Below, in pieces: positions 28,484 through 40,834 of a stretch of 64,000 bases of DNA. A program made the translations under genes and the position numbers. Within the stretch, counting starts at the first letter, position 1, and each line of letters begins with the position of its first letter. This DNA is from Chrysomallon squamiferum (lineage: Eukaryota > Animalia > Mollusca), in NCBI GenBank assembly GCA_012295275.1, contig CM022675.1, forward strand, positions 3,782,001 through 3,846,000, written 5' to 3'. The notes under the pieces were generated by a model. That model made no database searches. It saw only the letters and a program-made list of their open reading frames with translations, and was not told where the DNA came from.

Positions 28484-31294
28484 TCAATAAGAAAATCATA
28501 TTGAAACTTACCATCAATCCATCTCCATTCAACTTCTCTGTGAAGTCCAAGCCAATAGTGTCGCTGTTGTTTTTCTGACGTAGTCAGATATTTTTTCATT
28601 GCTGAGATTGTATTACTGGTTATTTTAGACAGAGGTCTACTGCAATATCTGCTTGCCCAGTTCCAATTACTCTTCCATTTTGAAAAGCATGTGCCGTCTT
28701 TGCAAAGGTAGAACCACTTATATTTTCTGTATTTTTCTTAAAAGTAGATAAAAAGCAACTGATGACAATCATATAAAATACTACTACTAATACTGCTTCG
28801 TTTTATCATAACCGCTACTACTACTACTACTACTACTGCTACTACTAATACTGCTGCTGCTACCAATACTACTGCTGCTGCTACTACTACTACTACTACT
28901 ACTACTGCTACTACTGCTACTACTACAACTGCTGCTACTACTACTACTGCTAATACTAATACTGCTAGTAGTGATACTACTTGAAATTAATTTAAAAAAT
29001 GACCTGGACACAGAAGATATGCTCTGTAGCTGTCACAGTTTTGAAAACCAATTGTAAAACTGTCAGAATTGAGCTTGACGTAGCCGCAGCGCTTGATTCC
29101 GTCAGCGCTGTCGTCGATTTGAACTGAAGACGGAAGATCTGTAAAAATAATAATTCATGCATTATTATATCTCTGAATATATATCTGTGACCATGATCAT
29201 CATCATCAGGGAAAATATAAAATAAAGGTTTGACAGACAGCCATCTTTAAACATTGACTGACTGATTGATTCATTCATTTATTCTTTTGTTCATTCGGTT
29301 TTCCTTTCGATCATTCAAAATCTCAGACTTATACCTTCATCTACTGATGTTAATAAAATACTATAAAAAAGATAAATATTTTAAAGTTATTTGTGTCACC
29401 TGTTCTATAAATAGAAATTGTGTTTCGTCCTCCGCAGTATTCTTCATATGTCCCTGCACATCGAACTCGTTTTGTAGTTGACTTCACAGGACTTGCTGTG
29501 TCAGAGATTTTACAGTAACACTGCTTTCCCTACAAAACACAAAATAAATAACAATAAGAACAAAAAATAACCTAGAAAAATGTGTAAATAAAGCTACAAT
29601 TGTTGTAGTAATATGAACACAACAACAACAACAGCAACAAAAACAACAACAACAACAACAATAATAATAATAGCAATAAAGTAATAATAATAATAAGAAG
29701 AAGAAGAAAGATTGTGGTAGTAGTAGTGGTAGAAGTGGTAATAGTAGTAGAAGATGAAGTAGTGGTATTGGTTGCCGCAGTGACAGTTTAACAGTAGAAG
29801 AATACCTGTCTGTGTGTCCCATTTGTCTGTGTGTAATTCAGGTAACATAAATCAAGTATATATTTAACACGTTTTGTTTTAAATTCAGTCTTTATGAAGA
29901 TAAGAATTTACCAACCTGTAAACCAATTTTTCCATTGCTCGGTTTACATTGCTGGAAGCATTTAAAAGCATCATTGTCTTGTATTTCGTAGTTAGACCTC
30001 GAACTCCCTACATCGATATCTCCAACATACTGAAATAATTTGTCATTGTTCTCTGAAAACAACAACAACAATAACAACAACAAAATTAGTGATTTTGTTG
30101 TTATTGTTGATGTCATAGATAATGAACAATTTATAAAGTAAAACTTTGATAAAACATTAATTTATATATTTTGTAAACGGAATCGAAGTTATAAATAAGA
30201 AAAACTTACCAGTCCATTTCCACGGTGTAAACGTCTCTAAAGCTCCTACCCAATAGTTTGTGTCTTTTTCCATCAAGGAATCAAGTTTGTCGTAGTCTAA
30301 ATCAGAATGATGAACAACGAGTCTGCCTCCTGCCTCCTCACAGCCAGAATACGCTGCCTCCCACCAAGTTTGTTTTTTATCCAGTGTAAAATATTCTTCT
30401 AACATTTCTTCTTGTTTTCTGTCAGACCACGGACCTGTGTTCATTTATTAATATTTATCTTAATTATTTATGTTGGATTATGTTGATGAATATTTATATT
30501 ATGTTATATATACATTTATAAATACTATTTTGTTTATATTGTATAAATTTACACATACATATTTATACTGTTATGTTTTATAAACTTATAAATAATTACT
30601 TAGTTATGCTTTGTTGTGTTTTAGTCGAGTTATGTTATACTGTAACATGTAATACTCCTACGGTATTATTATTGTTATGTTATGTTATGTTACGTTATGT
30701 TATTTTATAAATAATATTGCTGTTATTTATATTTAGCTAGGTCAGAATACGTTAGCTAGTGTTGCATTTATAGTAAATAGTTTATTTTTAAAAGATGTTA
30801 TGTCTTAACGTGCTAGTTTATGTTGTTATGGTAAATCCTATTACATACTGTTGTTACGCTATGCAGATATTTAATTTTCGTCGTATCATTTTTTCTTTTT
30901 TGTTGTCGCCGTTATTATTGTTCTTGATGATGTTGTTACTGTTATTACTATTACTGTCGTTGATGTTGTTGCTGTTGTTGTTATTGTTATTATTAACTAT
31001 GAAGGAGCATTTCATGTTATATCAATTAAACATTCAGAAGGCTCTATTTTGAGAAAGGTATGCTTTTAACATAATCATCATATACAAGAAATCACAATAA
31101 CAAAATCCCTATTAAACAATAAATAAAACTGAAAAGCATATATAATTTTAAGTTATCTCCCCTAGCCTTATACATATTTCAAATGAAGTACATTGAATAA
31201 ATTAATTTAAATAAATACAAAACTTACTTAGTCTTTCTGCACCTGTAACCTGATGGTAGATCGTTAATATTATCACTGCTGTTATTAAATTCAT
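25718..31294 (-). CDS. Receptor gene C (second subfamily), same 10-exon architecture; frameshift and premature stop in the cytoplasmic exon
   Basis: Exons 31294-31228 (MNLITAVIILTIYHQVTGA), 30434-30210, 30052-29916, 29529-29400, 29138-29004, 28736-28512, 28325-28185, 27770-27714 (acceptor uncertain), 27191-27116 (TM SVGGGVAAIVVVLVVTVVVVLW), 26616-25718. The frame stops at 26222-26220 (HDGD*) and homology to gene D continues in another frame to FYFVLENSD*. Confidence 0.85.
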
Positions 31295-32160
31295 CTTTTC
31301 TTTCTGTTTTCTTTTCTTTATTTTTATTTACGAAAATTCTTACGCAAGACGATATAAAACCGAGTTTTGCTAAAACCAACAAGGAAGTAGATCAGATATT
31401 AATAGAAAGAGGAAAACAGAGCATGAATCTGGCTACTTAGATTACGGATGACACTGTTTGTAATTTTGTGTTGGTATAATTATAAGTGATGCGTCCGTTT
31501 TACTAATATAAGTTGTATGGGTTTATTTTAACAATAAGTTGTTTTATTAATACTATTTGTATGTATTTATATGACTCCGTCTTTTTACATACATTCGTAA
31601 ATACATACATTTACTAATTCTAAAATACATACAACGATACTACATACATAATTCATACATAGATAGATACAAACATACAAACATACATACATATATAATG
31701 CATACATACACTCACACATAAAACTATGCGTCTATGCATATATGCATATACAAATAAATACCACATATATGCACACACACGTATACACATCCACATACAA
31801 ACACAAAGAATTGTATATCCAAACTCATTTTATTTTCACACGACACCTATTTCCAATTTATTTCACCATTTTCATAATTATGTGCTGTCTCTAGTGAAAC
31901 ATACAGTTTAACAGTTAGGATGTGTGTAAGTGCTAACTGGTTTGACTCGAAGTGATCTCGAGAATATCGCGAGTTTTACCGATCATTAGAATGCGCAGCG
32001 CAGTCTTAAAATAGCGCAGATCGACAAATAGCGGAGAATATACACACACTTACATAATATGGTTGTCACCTACGTCGTTATAATCTCTCCTATCTCTTAC
32101 TGTCTTGTCCTTTCTTTTTTCCCTAGATATCATAAATAGATCGTTATTGTTGTTATTGTC

Positions 32161-32246
<86 letters not shown>

Positions 32247-32711
32247 ATTTAAAATTAAATTTATATGGTCTGTGAGAAATATGTGACTGATAATACTGGT
32301 TTGAGATGATAATCATTGTGTTAGTCAAACTTTGTTGTTTGTTTGTTGTAATCAGTTAACTGAAACTTCTGACTGTTTTTTTCAGTCTGTCAAGTCTCAG
32401 ATGCAATCATGCCCATGTGGTGAGTCATCAAGAACAATTGTCTCACAAAAACAGTCAAAATAAAATGAATATATTACATTACACTAAGTTTCACAGATGT
32501 ATTTCCCTCACATAGAGAGCTCGTCACTCTCAAAGTCTGACTTCACTGAATGCAGCTAGAAATTTTTGGGCCTGAATTTATTTTGTGAAAAATAAAAACA
32601 AAGGTGTAGTAAACCTAGGTTCTTGAAAATCAACTTTTAGAATGTTGAAATGTAAAATAATATAACCCACATAAACACGAATATATCTCTAGAAAGACAT
32701 CGTATATATAT

Positions 32712-32949
32712 GTGTGTGTGTGTGTGTCTGTGTGTGTATGTTTGAGTGTGTGTGTGAGAGAGAGAGTGCGTGTGTGTGTATGTGTGTTTGAGTGTGTGCG
32801 TGTGTGTATCTGTGTGTGTGTATGTTTGAGTGTGTGTGAGTGTGTTTGTGTGTATGTTTGAGTGTGTGTGTGTGTTTGTGTGTGTGTGTGTCTGTGTGTG
32901 TGTATGTTTGAGTGTGGGTGTGTGTGTCTGTGTGTGTGAGTGTGTTTGT

Positions 32950-33024
<75 letters not shown>
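32712..33024. repeat. (TG)n compound microsatellite; another at 36940-37020
   Basis: Direct inspection. Confidence 0.95.
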
Positions 33025-33026
<2 letters not shown>

Positions 33027-33547
33027 GATTTCTCTGGAAAATTGTTAATAGACTTTACAGAAATTTTTCATGAAGGTTTTCTACTTTCGGGTGACAAAAC
33101 CTTTTACACTGAACAAACAGATGAAGCTAACATATTTTATTTATACTGGACAGAGAAATAATGTTTGTTTGGTCGAGGCTGTTTATATGAAGAAAACTCG
33201 TAGACAAAACCTCGTGAACGTAACAAGTAGTGTATGAACGATGTTAGTGATACACGTTCAGAGAAACAGAACAAAATGGCCGTTATGCCAATGTACTTTC
33301 CGTTGAAATTAAAACTTTTTCTTCACACTACAAAGTAATACTCGTGCAAAACCCATGAACATAAGACTTCAGATCTTCCATTTATCCATTTTTTTTATTG
33401 AAATAGTATTTGAAACAGAGAATAAATCAGTGGTTCGAAAGTCAAAATATATATTAATACACCGGATGATCCATTTGAATAGTAGCTAGGTTTACTGTAT
33501 CACAATAAAGTTAGATTAATATTAAAAATGTTAGTATAAAACAGACT

Positions 33548-33862
33548 TCGAGTATCATCCGCTTTTTTCTTTCAGCGCTGTCCTTTGCATTCACGTTCTT
33601 AGGATCCATATTCAGAAAAAAGAAATTTGTGAAAATTACACAAAAACACGACCATAACAGAACAGACATGCTTCCGTGGTGAGGTAACCACATGAAGTAA
33701 ACGAGTGAGACGTGGGATGCTGGGCGGATGTTGTGTTGCTCGTTGCGCCAATTAACCGCAGTGTATCTCAAACTCGGTCGTAATTCGGATTTTGGCTCGC
33801 CACTGAAAGCAAAAAATCGACCGGGCGACTGCTCGTAACTCGACAAACTCGTACCACTTTAT
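33548..33862 (-). mobile_element. 5' fragment of a Tigger/pogo-like DNA transposon
   Basis: The minus strand starts TA-AAGTGGTAC (Tigger-like CAGTGGTAC TIR) inside a (TA)n tract, has a CpG-rich leader, then ATG at 33609 giving MDPKNVNAKDSAERKKRMI, similar to Tigger/TIGD1-type transposase N-termini as I recall them. Absent from the homologous flank of gene C. Confidence 0.6.
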
Positions 33863-34383
33863 ATATATATATATATATATACAGTCGTAGATAGACACAT
33901 AGAGACATATATACACGTGCAAAAATATACAGATTGTCTTCAGGTATTCTTGTAATTTAAATAAATTTGTGCATGATGTAAGGCTTCATCTATTGGAAAA
34001 CTATAACACATCACAAACTGGAATTTAGGATTTCTGAATTTTGAATAAACTTTCCGTAACCTTTTATAATAATAATAAAAAATAATAATAATAAACAAAC
34101 AAATTATAAATAAATAATAGAAATAACAAATGATAACAGTAGAAAAATAAAAAATAAGAAATAAGATAAAAAAAAAATCGCACTGGAGAAAAGTTCATTT
34201 AAATAAAGTACAAATACAAAGTAAAAGGTAAAAATAATAATACACATAATTAAACAATAAAAGTGGTGTTAGACATATTAACATCGTGTTTAAAAGAACA
34301 ACATCAAAATAAATAATAAAATAAATAATAAAATAACAAAACAATTTATCAAAAATTAAAAAAATGGTACGAAGCACTGTTAA

Positions 34384-34453
<70 letters not shown>

Positions 34454-34525
34454 TGTGGTATGAGACACTTAACATGGAACAATTTTTGGATCAAAATATC
34501 GATCGAGTTATTACTGAGATTCTTT

Positions 34526-36741
34526 TCAATCAGAATTTTCCAGAACAAAATAAAAATGTCCACTGCCTTCAGAAACGTCGTTGTTGTTGTCGAAATCGTC
34601 GTGGACGTTATCAGAGATTTCTGATTTCCTAGTAGGAATTTGATTGTTAGAAGAGGCAGTATCTCTATACAGACTGGGGTATGGTAAATCGGATGTAACA
34701 GTATCAGCGATGTCGTAGAGGTTGCTGTCAGGTTGTTTATACAGTTCTGATGTTGTTGTTGATGTTGCAGGTTTCCTGTCCATGGTGTCGTAGTCTTCAG
34801 AATCAACGAGGTGGCTGTAGACGTCAGATAAAGCTGCAGTTGTTTTTTCTTTGTTTGTGCTGTCGTAGTCGCTGTCATTGTCAACACCAAGCCGGTTGTA
34901 GACATCAGACGTAGTTGTTTTGTTTTTCTTATCACAGGTATCGTAGTCACCGTCGTTGTCCCCAGCAATGTGGTTGTAGATGTTAGATGTACGAGTTGTT
35001 GTGTTTGTTGTATCTGCGTTGTTGCTGTCGTCGTCATGGATGACTGACAGGTGACTGTCGACTTCAGATGTTGTAGTAGTTGCCGTGTTGATATCCACTG
35101 TGTCGTAATCGCCATTTTTGATGTCAGCAGGAGAAGTGTTTTCTGGAACTGCTTTAACATCTGCGATGTCGTAGTCGTTATCATTTCTGTTTTCTGGAAT
35201 TGTTTTAACATATGCGATGTCGTAGTCGTTATCATTTCTGTTTTCTGGAAGTGTTTTAACATCTGCGATGTCGTAGTCGTTATCATTTCTGTTTTCCATG
35301 TTGATAGTAACTCCGTTTGGGACGTTGTAGTAAACACTGTGGTTTCCTTGATTTTCTGATTCAAATTCATAATCTGCCGACGTCGATGTCGTTGTTACCT
35401 CATAACTCGGATTTGTGTGACCACGTTGTAAATGTTCAGCAGAGCTGATTTCATTGTTTCTTTTGTTAAAATTAATTCTTAATTTTGGTAACTTCTGAGT
35501 TTTAAAACAAAATCGACGTGTTCTGAAAAATGAAGACATTATTTAAATTTAAACTGTGAAATCCTAAGTTAGTTTTATTATACGAGTTTCTGTCGTGACA
35601 ACTCTGATAATTCAAAGGAAAAACTATTTTACATTTCAAATTAAACTGACGTTAAGTAAAACGAAAAAAGTGAAACATGTAGGTATATTTTTTTTACTTT
35701 CGTTCATATTTTTATTTTGTTTTTATTTTGTTTTGAGCATTACTAACACACATCGTAAAGAACACATAATTTTGTCTTTCTTTTTCGTTCATTCATTCTT
35801 TTTTCCTTTTCTATTTTTTCTTTCATGATTGATTACAACAAATTCTCACCGTCTAGACCAGATTACAACGACAACAATGACGACCAAAACCATCACAACA
35901 GCGGCGACGCCACCACCAACAGATGCTGAAAATAGTTAACATTGATTTTAATCTAAGAACAATTAACTATGTAAATATTTGTATGTATCTATATATTTTA
36001 TTTTTATTATATTTTTTCACTTATTACTGAAATAATTTTACTAATTTTAACACAAATATGACGCATTATTTGCCCTATTTTCAATTTAAATTATATAAAA
36101 GAAATTATTAAAAATATAAAAATTAAATAATCTGCTAAGTTAAAAAATAAAAGAATAATTAAAAGAATACTAACAATGAAAATATTTTTAATTAATTTTT
36201 ATAAAATTGCAGAATAAACCTAGTAAATTAATACAAGCTAGTAAAATAAAGTTAGTAAATTAAAAACGAGTAACATAATTCTTGTAAATTAAATAAGCCA
36301 TCTAGAACACAGAATCTGGGTATAAAAATAAAAATAAATAAAATTAATTGAAATTTAAAAAATCTAGTAAATGAAATCTAGTCATAAAATCAATAAAATA
36401 AATTTAGTAAATTAAAAGTAGTAAATAAATCTAGTAAATTAAATCATAATAAACCAAAAGAAGAAAATAAATAAATAAATAAAAATAAAAACTATTAAAA
36501 TACATTTAATAAATTAAATTTAGTAAAATAAATATGTTAAGTTAACAAAACATTGAAATTAAAACTAACCTGACTTGTTTGATGAATGTTGTGTCTCAGC
36601 AGATTGTTTTGTTGGAGTGATCTCCCCTGATGTTGTTGTTGCTTGTGTAGTTACATTATCTGTAAAAAAAAAGATTTTCTCTAGAAGACATTAGATTTGT
36701 TGTTCAATATAAAACTGCTTGTAAGTTATCTTTTAACTTTA

Positions 36742-36805
<64 letters not shown>

Positions 36806-36933
36806 TACTACTACTATTGGTTTAGAATACAGACAGCTGATTCTGAAATACAAATATCTGTTATTGTATGCAATTCACAACACATACCTAAACAGATACA
36901 TAAAAAATATCTGCACAAATGTTCTCTCTCTGT

Positions 36934-37024
<91 letters not shown>

Positions 37025-37500
37025 TTCACAGAATTACAAACTATAATATCCATGATAAAGGCATTTTACTTTTGAATTACATTTTACCCTTAATTTAACA
37101 TGTAAATTATACGTATACAAAAACTTTTGATGTTTTATTTGTTTTTCTATACTCACACTTCTGACAAATAGTCTGAAGTTTTGTCTGTGCAGGGTAATAA
37201 TGATAATCATCACTATCAACGGACCAAACCAAACTTTTAAGAAACTTAGTATTGTCAGAAATCTGTTTTGACACTTCTTTACCTAAAAAATAAGTACATA
37301 AATTAATAGAATAAAGCAAAGCTTGAAGATGTCTGTATGTGTGTATGTGTGTTTGTAGACACATAAATACATAACTAGACCAGATAGATCGATAAAAACA
37401 TATAAGTATGTAAATGAAATAAAATGTATTAAAATTTCAAAAATAAAATGTAAATAAAATAAAATAAAATAAAATAAAATAAAATAAAACAAATAAATAA

Positions 37501-37531
<31 letters not shown>

Positions 37532-38823
37532 ATACGTAATTATTTCTAAGGACACTAAAGAAAAATGTACCGTTAATCCACCTCCATTTAACTTCTCTGT
37601 GAAGTGCAATCCAGTATGATCGCTTCTGTCTTTCTGGTTTTGTTAAAAGTTCTTTCATAGCTGAGAGTGTATTGTCCGTTAACTTAAGAAAATTTTCATA
37701 GTTTTTCTTCCATGTCATATCAGTTAGTGAAATACATGTCTCAGATTTGCAAACTGACAAGTGCAGCAACCATGTAAGAAATAGTTTTAGTGCGTTCTTC
37801 TCTAAGAGAAATAGGAAAAATAAATAAATAAATAAATAAATTCAAGAAACAAATAAATAAGATAAATAAAAATAAATAAAAGAAAAAACCAAAACAAAAA
37901 AACAAAAATAAAAAAAATAAAAAAACCCCAAAATAAAAAAACAAATCAAAAAAAAAAAAATAAAATAAAAATAAAATAAAATAAAATAAAATAAAATAAA
38001 AAAAAAAAAAATAAAATAAAATAAACAAATAAATAAATAAAAACAATACTAGACATACTTTTTCTTCTGATACGACTAATTTACCTTTTATTTTTTATTA
38101 TTATTATTATTCTTAATTAATTAATTAATTAATTTATTTATTTATTTATTTATTTATTTATATAGTCACTGTAACTAAAAATAATGACTCATCTATTTTA
38201 AAATAAAATGACCTGTATAAACTGCGTATGCTCTGTAGCTGTCACAGTTTTGAAAACCAGTTGTAAAACTGTCAGAATTGAACTTGACGTAGCCGCAGCG
38301 GTTGATTCCGTCAGCGCTGTCGTCGATTGTAACTGAAGACGGAAGATCTGTAATGAAGTAATTTATATATTATTATAATTATCACTAAATGAGTGCATAC
38401 TCAATCTTCATTGGTTCATTCATTCATTCGTTCTTTCATTCATTCATTGGTTCATTCATTTATTTATATATTCCTGTGTTTATTCATTCAAAATCCCACT
38501 TATACCTTCATCTACTTATGTTAATAAAATACTATAAAATAGATAAATATTTTATAAATTATGTTAAAGTTGGTAATTTCACCTATTCTATAAATAGAAA
38601 GTGTATTTCGTCCTCCGCAGTATTCTTCATATGTCCCTGCACATCGAACTCGTTTTGTAGTTGACTTCACAGGACTTGCTGTGTCAGAGATTTCACAGTA
38701 ACACTGCTTTCCCTACAAAACACAAAATAAAAAACAATAATAACAAAAAAAATAACCTAGAAAATTATGCAAATAAATGTATAGTTGTTGTAGTAATATG
38801 AACACAACAACAACAACAACAAC

Positions 38824-38873
<50 letters not shown>

Positions 38874-39378
38874 TAAGAAGAAGAAGAGGAAGAAGAAAGA
38901 TTGTGGTAGTAGTAGTGGTAGAAGTGGTAATAGTAGTAGAAGATGAAGTAGTGGTATTGGTTGCCGCAGTGACAGTTTAATAGTAGAAGTATGCCTGTCT
39001 GTGTGTCCCATTTGTCTGTGTGTGATTCAGGTATCAAAAAACAAGAATATATTTAACTCTTTTTGTTTTACATTCAGTGTTTATGAAGACAAAAATTTAC
39101 TGACATGTAAATCTAAAACAAGTATATATTTAACACTTTTTGTTTTAAATTCAGTGTTTATGAAGAGAAGAATTTACCAACCTGTAAACCAATTTTTCCA
39201 TAGCTCGGATTACATTGCTGGAAACATTTAAAAGCATCATTGTCTTGTATTGAGTATTTACTACTCAAACTCCCAACATCGATATCTCCAACGTACTGGA
39301 ATAATTTTTCATTGGTATCTGAAAACAAAAACTAAAACAATAACAATAACAACAACAACAACAAATAATAACAATAAC

Positions 39379-39456
<78 letters not shown>

Positions 39457-40834
39457 AATATAATAAATGAATAAATAAATAAATAAGCAAATAAATAAAC
39501 AAAATAAATAAATAAAAAACACATAAAAAAGAAACAGCCTATTTACTTATTCATTTATTGTGTTATAATTGTTATTAGTGGGTTTGTTGTTACTGTTGAT
39601 GTCGTAGATAATGACCAATTTATAAAGTAAAACTTTGACAAAACGTTAAACATTTATTTATGTTCTAAACTACATTGAAATTACTGATAACAGAATACCT
39701 ACCAGTCCACATCCACGGTGTATACGTCTCAAAAGCTCCTACCCAATAATCTTTGTCTTCTTCCATTACAGAAAAAAGTTTGTTTTTATCTAAATCAGAA
39801 TGATGAACAAAGAGTCTGCCTCCTGCCTCCTCACAGCCAGAATACGCTGCCTCCCACCAAGTTTGTTTTTTATCCAGTGTAAAATATTCTTCTAACATTT
39901 CTTCTTGTTTTCTGTCAGACCACGGACCTGTGTTAATTTATTAATTATTTATGTTGCATTATGTTGATGAAATTTTATGTTATGTTATAATATATACATT
40001 TATATATATGTATTCTGTTTATGTTACATATATTTGCACATACTTGTTTATACTGTTATGGTTTATAAATTTATAAATAATTACTTCTTTATGTGATGAT
40101 ATGTTTAGTCAAAACGTATCATATTGTAATATGTAATACTGCAACGTTATTATTATTGTTATATTACGTTATGTTATGGTATTGTATATACGACAGGGCT
40201 GTTATTTATATTTTGTTACGTAAGAAAAAATGTTGCATTTATAGTAAATAGTTTATTTTTAAAAGATGTTATGTTAAAACTTGCTAGCTTATCATGTATT
40301 TTTTTACCGTTGTATTGAGACGTTATCTAATGTGAAAACTCTAAGTTAAACTGTATTACCTTTTGTTGTTCGCTATGCAGTTATTTCATTAACATCACTA
40401 GCATTATTTGTATTTAATGTTGTCGTTATTATTGTTGTCGTTCATGTCGTTACTGTTGGTATTGCTGTTGTTATTGTCGATGTTGCTGTTGCCTTTGTTG
40501 TTGTTGTTGTTGTTCTTATTATTATTAACTATGTTACGAGCTTTTCTTGTTAAAATCCATTAAACATTTATTACATGTTATTTTTAAAATGGTGTGCTTC
40601 TGTACCTTAAAATATAATCAGCATATACAAGAAATCACAGTTTTGAAATCCCTATTAATCAATAAATAACACTTAAATACAACTTAAAATTGTAAGTTAT
40701 GTCCCCTTGGCATATTTAAAAACTTGAAGCACAACGAACAGTTAATTTAAACAAATAACAAACTTACTTAGTCTTTCTGCACTTGTAACCTGATTGTAGA
40801 TCGTTAATATAATCACTGCTGTTACTAAATTCAT
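34526..40834 (-). CDS. Receptor gene D (close paralogue of C), intact, 737 aa predicted
   Basis: Exons 40834-40768, 39927-39703, 39318-39182, 38712-38583, 38347-38213, 37801-37571, 37282-37157, 36659-36570, 35925-35850 (TM), 35522-34526 sum to 2214 nt (738 codons) with no internal stop; all GT-AG. Confidence 0.9.
35138..35296 (-). repeat. Coding tandem repeat, 3 x 51 nt (ENRNDNDYDIADVKTLP), in the gene D tail
   Basis: Units start at 35144, 35195 and 35246 on the + strand; gene C has a single unit. Confidence 0.9.

Noticed and set aside
31960-32035. CpG-rich patch with TCTCGAGA/TCGCGAG palindromes upstream of gene C
   Set aside because: Not seen upstream of paralogue D, and nothing distinguishes a promoter element from a repeat fragment.
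34195-35370. 391-aa Thr-rich ORF, and the similar 25636-26169 ORF
   Set aside because: Alternative frame of the real tail exon; it runs into (ATT)n microsatellite.
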